In this document: in pieces, positions 57,634-61,482 of the stretch
Numbering within the stretch: the stretch's first letter is position 1
Layout: every line of letters begins with the position of its first letter
Origin: a bacterium
Lineage (GTDB): Bacteria > UBP15 > UBA6099 > JAJRTR01
Reading direction: 5' to 3'
Length of the DNA: 61,482 nucleotides
Assembly (NCBI GenBank): GCA_024278215.1
Contig: JAJRTR010000111.1
Coordinates: 62,001-123,482, forward strand
Program-made: the position numbers and the translations under genes
The notes under the pieces: model-generated
Databases searched by the model: none
Told to the model about the DNA's origin: nothing
What the model saw: only the letters and a program-made list of their open reading frames with translations

Positions 57634-58893
57634 ATGGCGGATTCCATCTACAACAACTCGAAAAAGAATGTGCTGATGATAACATCGGGATACCCGCCGC
57701 TGGCGGCGCCTGCGAGCAAGCGCACGGCCTGCCTAGCGAAGTTCCTTCCCGAGTTCGGGTGGTGCCCCATCGTTGTGCACCAGGATAGGGGCGTCGAGGA
57801 AAAATGCTACGGCATCGACCCGGACTTCGTCGAGAATATTCCCGCCGAAGTGCTTTCTTTACCCGTGCGGACAGCCACGCACCGCCGCTGGTCCGCGCCT
57901 TTTATGTACGACATCTTCCTGCGTTATTTCCGACCGCACGCAGGCCCGGTTTCATTTATGAAAAATGGGCGCGCGACGCTCGATCATGTGTTCGCCGAAC
58001 ACAGAATTGATGTGATCTGGGCGACATTTCCGCTCTCCTTCACGCATGGACTCGCCTCGTGGGCGGCGCGCAGGTGGCGGCTGCCCTGGGTCGCGGACTG
58101 CCGCGACATCATCGGCCAGAGGCCCTCGACCCGCTTTGTCGACAATGCCGTGATACCTCTGCATATCAAATATGAAGACGCTCTCCTTCGCGACGCGGAC
58201 GCCGTCGTCACTGTCTCTGAAGAACTGGGTGGCATCCTGAAAAAGAGACACGGCGTCGACGCGCATATCATTCCGAACGGTTTTGATCCCGACGATCTCG
58301 CCGGAGAAGAACCGCCGCCGCTAGATCGTTTCAGGATTGTCTACACGGGCCATGTCGCGCCCGGCCACACGGGCTTCAACCCGCTGCTGGATGCTGTCGG
58401 CGAACTCGACCGCGAAGGCGTCATTAACCCCGGAGACATCGCGATTGATTTTTTTGGCCGCGGAAACGAGTCTCGCCTGAAAGAGATGTTCGCCGGGCAT
58501 CAATACGAGCGTCTCGTGCGGATTCACGATGCTGTGCCGTGGAGAGAATGCCGCGCCGCCCAGAGACATGCCGCCGTGCTGCTGCAAGCCGCTTATGCCG
58601 GTCGAACCGGAATCATCACGAGCAAGATATTTGAATACTTCGCCGCCCGAAGACCGATACTGGCAGTGCCGCGCGACGGCGATTGTGTCGACCGTATGCT
58701 CGAGCAAACCGGCGCGGGCTTCAGTTGCTCGACACCCGCCGAGATCGCACCCCTGCTGCGCGGGTGGTATAATGAATGGAAAGAGACCGGCACTGTGAGA
58801 TGTCCTGGAAACAGGGAGGCCATCCTGAAATTCTCCCGCAGGCGGCAGGCGAAGGACCTTGCCCGGATTATGGACAGGCTGCTCGATGACTGA
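57634..58893 (+). CDS. Glycosyltransferase, GT4-like
   Basis: YPP, WVADCRD, IPNGFD, IVYTG, SKIFEY..RPILA. Confidence 0.88.
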   Translation: MADSIYNNSKKNVLMITSGYPPLAAPASKRTACLAKFLPEFGWCPIVVHQDRGVEEKCYGIDPDFVENIPAEVLSLPVRTATHRRWSAPFMYDIFLRYFRPHAGPVSFMKNGRATLDHVFAEHRIDVIWATFPLSFTHGLASWAARRWRLPWVADCRDIIGQRPSTRFVDNAVIPLHIKYEDALLRDADAVVTVSEELGGILKKRHGVDAHIIPNGFDPDDLAGEEPPPLDRFRIVYTGHVAPGHTGFNPLLDAVGELDREGVINPGDIAIDFFGRGNESRLKEMFAGHQYERLVRIHDAVPWRECRAAQRHAAVLLQAAYAGRTGIITSKIFEYFAARRPILAVPRDGDCVDRMLEQTGAGFSCSTPAEIAPLLRGWYNEWKETGTVRCPGNREAILKFSRRRQAKDLARIMDRLLDD

Positions 58894-60292
58894 ACAACAG
58901 GCAAACAATAATAATTACAATCCGTTTGTTACGATCACCATCGTGATTATGAGTCTGGTTATGGCACTTAATCTTCTGCCGAATTTAGTGGCCGCACTTG
59001 TGACTTTTATCGGCTTGGGGCTTCTGCTCGCGACGAAACAAATCAATCCGCCGTCGGCAATTGCCGCCCTGGTACTTTTCGGCGAACCCTTCTTCCATCT
59101 TTTCAAAGGTGCGCTCGGGCTTCGCATCGCTTTCATTTTTATCCTGCTCACAATTGTAATTATTTTCGTAATATTGAGATATAAAAGGAATCCGGAATCA
59201 TACTTTAATCAACCTGCCGTTCCGATATTTCTTGCCGGCATGGCATTCCTCTATGTTCTGATTATTCACGGCCCGCTGCTTGGCAAGATGACAGACAGGA
59301 ACATTTTCTTTATGCAATTGTTTGTTATCTATTGTACATATTACACAGCGGCCGGGATAATGGTATCGAGAAGCAGGGTCGAACTCAAAGACCTGCTCAT
59401 TCCCGCCCTACTTCTGTACTGTTGTGTTTTTCCGCTGATCAATGTTCCGATTTACCAGATCGCACATTCGTCGGGTAACGAACGCTTCGGTTTGAGATCG
59501 GTTGAAACATTCGGAACAATCGGCAACGCGAGACAGTCGGGACTTCTGCTCGTGCTTATTTTTTACGTTTTCATGACAACCGATAATAAATGGCGTATCT
59601 TTTTACCGACACTGTTTGCAGCGGGCCTTGCCGCTCCCGTGCTGTGGTTCTCTTTTACCAGGCAGGCGATGATAACGGTGTTCATTCTCGTCTTGCTGAC
59701 AGGCATTATGACAGTGTTCAGGAAAGATATCGCCAGGGGATTTATGAAAAAATCTTTTGCGGTAATCGTCACGGTTGTGGTGCTGGGGTCGGCGATCGGC
59801 TGGGTGGCATGGTCCACAAAGAATGAGAAGCAGGCGCGTGTGTCGGCGAAAAACATACTCGGCGGCGAAAATATGGCGGGCAGACCCGAGGTCTGGGAGA
59901 GGTCCTGGCACTACATCCAGCGGCGCCCCATATCGGGCTACGGGCTCGGCGGCTACTTCGAGCTCGGACTCGGCGAATGGCCCCACAACTGGTTTCTCGA
60001 AGTATGGCTGGAACACGGCATCATCGGGCTGTCCCTTTTTATTCTCGGCACATTTCTGCTCCTGCGTCCTTTTTTCATAAAATCCAATCCCTGGCTCATT
60101 AGCTGGTCATTGCTTGGCCTGTACTGGCTCATCGTCATCCAGTTCAGTTCCAACATTCCGCAGAATTCACTCATTTTCTTTTTTATTACCACTGCAACCG
60201 TAACAAGCGCGTCTTATCTGACCGTAAGCGATAGAAAAGAAATACGTCGCCGCAGATTGCAGAAGATGAAGGCCGAAAAGCAACCGGCATGA
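58886..60292 (+). CDS. O-antigen polymerase/ligase family membrane protein (Wzy_C)
   Basis: Many TM helices; SFTRQA, GRPEVW..RPISGYGLG, PHNWFLEVWLEHGIIG. Confidence 0.85.
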   Translation: MTEQQANNNNYNPFVTITIVIMSLVMALNLLPNLVAALVTFIGLGLLLATKQINPPSAIAALVLFGEPFFHLFKGALGLRIAFIFILLTIVIIFVILRYKRNPESYFNQPAVPIFLAGMAFLYVLIIHGPLLGKMTDRNIFFMQLFVIYCTYYTAAGIMVSRSRVELKDLLIPALLLYCCVFPLINVPIYQIAHSSGNERFGLRSVETFGTIGNARQSGLLLVLIFYVFMTTDNKWRIFLPTLFAAGLAAPVLWFSFTRQAMITVFILVLLTGIMTVFRKDIARGFMKKSFAVIVTVVVLGSAIGWVAWSTKNEKQARVSAKNILGGENMAGRPEVWERSWHYIQRRPISGYGLGGYFELGLGEWPHNWFLEVWLEHGIIGLSLFILGTFLLLRPFFIKSNPWLISWSLLGLYWLIVIQFSSNIPQNSLIFFFITTATVTSASYLTVSDRKEIRRRRLQKMKAEKQPA

Positions 60293-60305
60293 CGACTGGA
60301 CAACT

Positions 60306-61406
60306 ATGAAAGTATTACTCTGGACAACGATTCCTTCACGCTATATGCGCCACTTCGTCGGTGCGGTTCGTAAAACGGGTGTCGATATTCTTGTGTGCTA
60401 CTATGAGAAAATGGGAGAAGAGCGAAAAGCCCTGGGCTGGGATGACATACGGGAGTTGCCGGACGGCGAACAGTTTGTCGATAAGCAACTCGCCGCGGCT
60501 CTCGGCGCTGTGCCCGACTGGAGGGAGCGAGTGCACATTGTTCCCGGTTGCGGCGACCGTTTCCTGCGGCGGCTGGCTGTGAAACTTTCGCTGAACAGCG
60601 TGCCATGGGTACACTGGTCCGAACCGTCGCATCCGGGGCTGCGCTGGTGGCTGTCACTGCCTCGAAAGAGATGGTACGGCGGTCTGATAAACCGCTATGC
60701 GCTCGGCGCGCTCGGTATCGGCACAAAGGCGCTCGATGATTTCCGGCGCTGGGGAGTGAAGCCACAACGCATGGCTTTCCTGCCATACTCCTGCAACGGC
60801 GGCAACAGGCGCGTCGAACCCGACGAGCAGTGCAGCGATTTCGCAGGAAAAGGGCGCGCCTTTATCTTCATAGGGAAACTTTGCCGACGAAAAGCCGTCG
60901 ATATGCTTCTGTACGCTTTCGCCGCTGCCGCAAAGAACGCGAAGGAATGGAAACTTTTGCTTGTCGGCAACGACGATTCGAACGGAGCATACAGCGCGCT
61001 CGCGCGGCGGCTTGGCGTCGATGACCGTGTTCTTTTCAGGGGGCCTGTGCCCGCCGAAGATATTTTCTACGCAATAAACGCCGCCGATGTTCTCGTGCTC
61101 CCAAGCAGGTTCGACGGCTGGGGGGTCGTCGTTAACGAGTGCGTTTCGATGGGGCTCGGCGTTATCGCTTCCGACTCGGTCGGCGCTTCCCATCACCTTG
61201 TCGACCACTGCGTGAACGGTTTCCGGTTCGCAGCGGGCAACCCCGGCGCTCTGACCCGTGCGATGTCAGCATATTGCGCCGCGCCCGAACTCGCCGACCT
61301 GCACGGTATGAATTCGATCCGTATATTCGAAAGCTTTACACCGGAAATTACGGCACGCCGCTTTGTCGAGATCATACGGTCCTGGGAGTCGATGCCCACC
61401 GACTGA
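60306..61406 (+). CDS. Glycosyltransferase, GT4
   Basis: FIGKL..RKAVD, DVLVLPSRFDGWGVVVNE, VIASDSVG, NGFRF. Confidence 0.9.
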   Translation: MKVLLWTTIPSRYMRHFVGAVRKTGVDILVCYYEKMGEERKALGWDDIRELPDGEQFVDKQLAAALGAVPDWRERVHIVPGCGDRFLRRLAVKLSLNSVPWVHWSEPSHPGLRWWLSLPRKRWYGGLINRYALGALGIGTKALDDFRRWGVKPQRMAFLPYSCNGGNRRVEPDEQCSDFAGKGRAFIFIGKLCRRKAVDMLLYAFAAAAKNAKEWKLLLVGNDDSNGAYSALARRLGVDDRVLFRGPVPAEDIFYAINAADVLVLPSRFDGWGVVVNECVSMGLGVIASDSVGASHHLVDHCVNGFRFAAGNPGALTRAMSAYCAAPELADLHGMNSIRIFESFTPEITARRFVEIIRSWESMPTD

Positions 61407-61428
61407 TTTTGTGAGCCGGCCAGGTCCG

Positions 61429-61482
61429 TTTTCGCGCCGACAACGCAGCTATGGACAATAGCAACCGACCACAGCAGAATCA
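61429..61482 (+). repeat. Partial MITE-like element (right arm), cut by window end
   Basis: gccgacaacgcagctatggacaatagcaaccgaccacagcagaatca is near-identical to 3987-4033. Confidence 0.85.

Noticed and set aside
50901-61482. tRNA-anchored genomic island carrying the glycan locus
   Set aside because: No integrase and no duplicated tRNA 3' end in the window; cannot be excluded beyond the edge.

Overview
61.5 kb of chromosome from a moderately GC-rich diderm bacterium (it encodes LpxC and an O-antigen-type locus), probably an uncultured anaerobic lineage; taxonomy cannot be fixed from sequence alone. Left to right: yvcK-gap-pgk; a folK-panBCD-nadA-nadX-nadC-coaX cofactor cluster with a pan-motif-like attenuator before panB and an in-frame TAA in nadX; an orphan ORF behind a putative sigma-54 promoter; lpxC; a nitroreductase; a ThrC-like/MoaD-like/NIL module; a Zn-dependent dehydrogenase; an 11 kb uncharacterised surface-protein cluster (large Ig-rich exported protein, probable outer-membrane beta-barrel, two FecR-Ig proteins with no adjacent sigma factor, beta-propeller lipoprotein) followed by a convergent CpdA-like phosphoesterase; a duplicated alpha/beta hydrolase; hemW, lepA, murJ; an M28 peptidase; a hicBA cassette between 23-bp direct repeats; a glycogen debranching enzyme; a stand-alone AcsE-like methyltransferase; two MscS channels; eno; a partial complex I operon (fused NuoBCD, NuoG with a charged helical tail, NuoI); tRNA-Gln(CTG) and tRNA-Glu(CTC); and a polysaccharide locus running to the window end. 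A ~178-bp palindromic MITE-like element occurs as two full and three partial copies. Best candidate for an undescribed system: the FecR-Ig/beta-barrel surface cluster, which shares a perfect CRP-type box (TGTGA-N6-TCACA) with the polysaccharide operon. All functional calls rest on motif recognition by eye; no searches were run.
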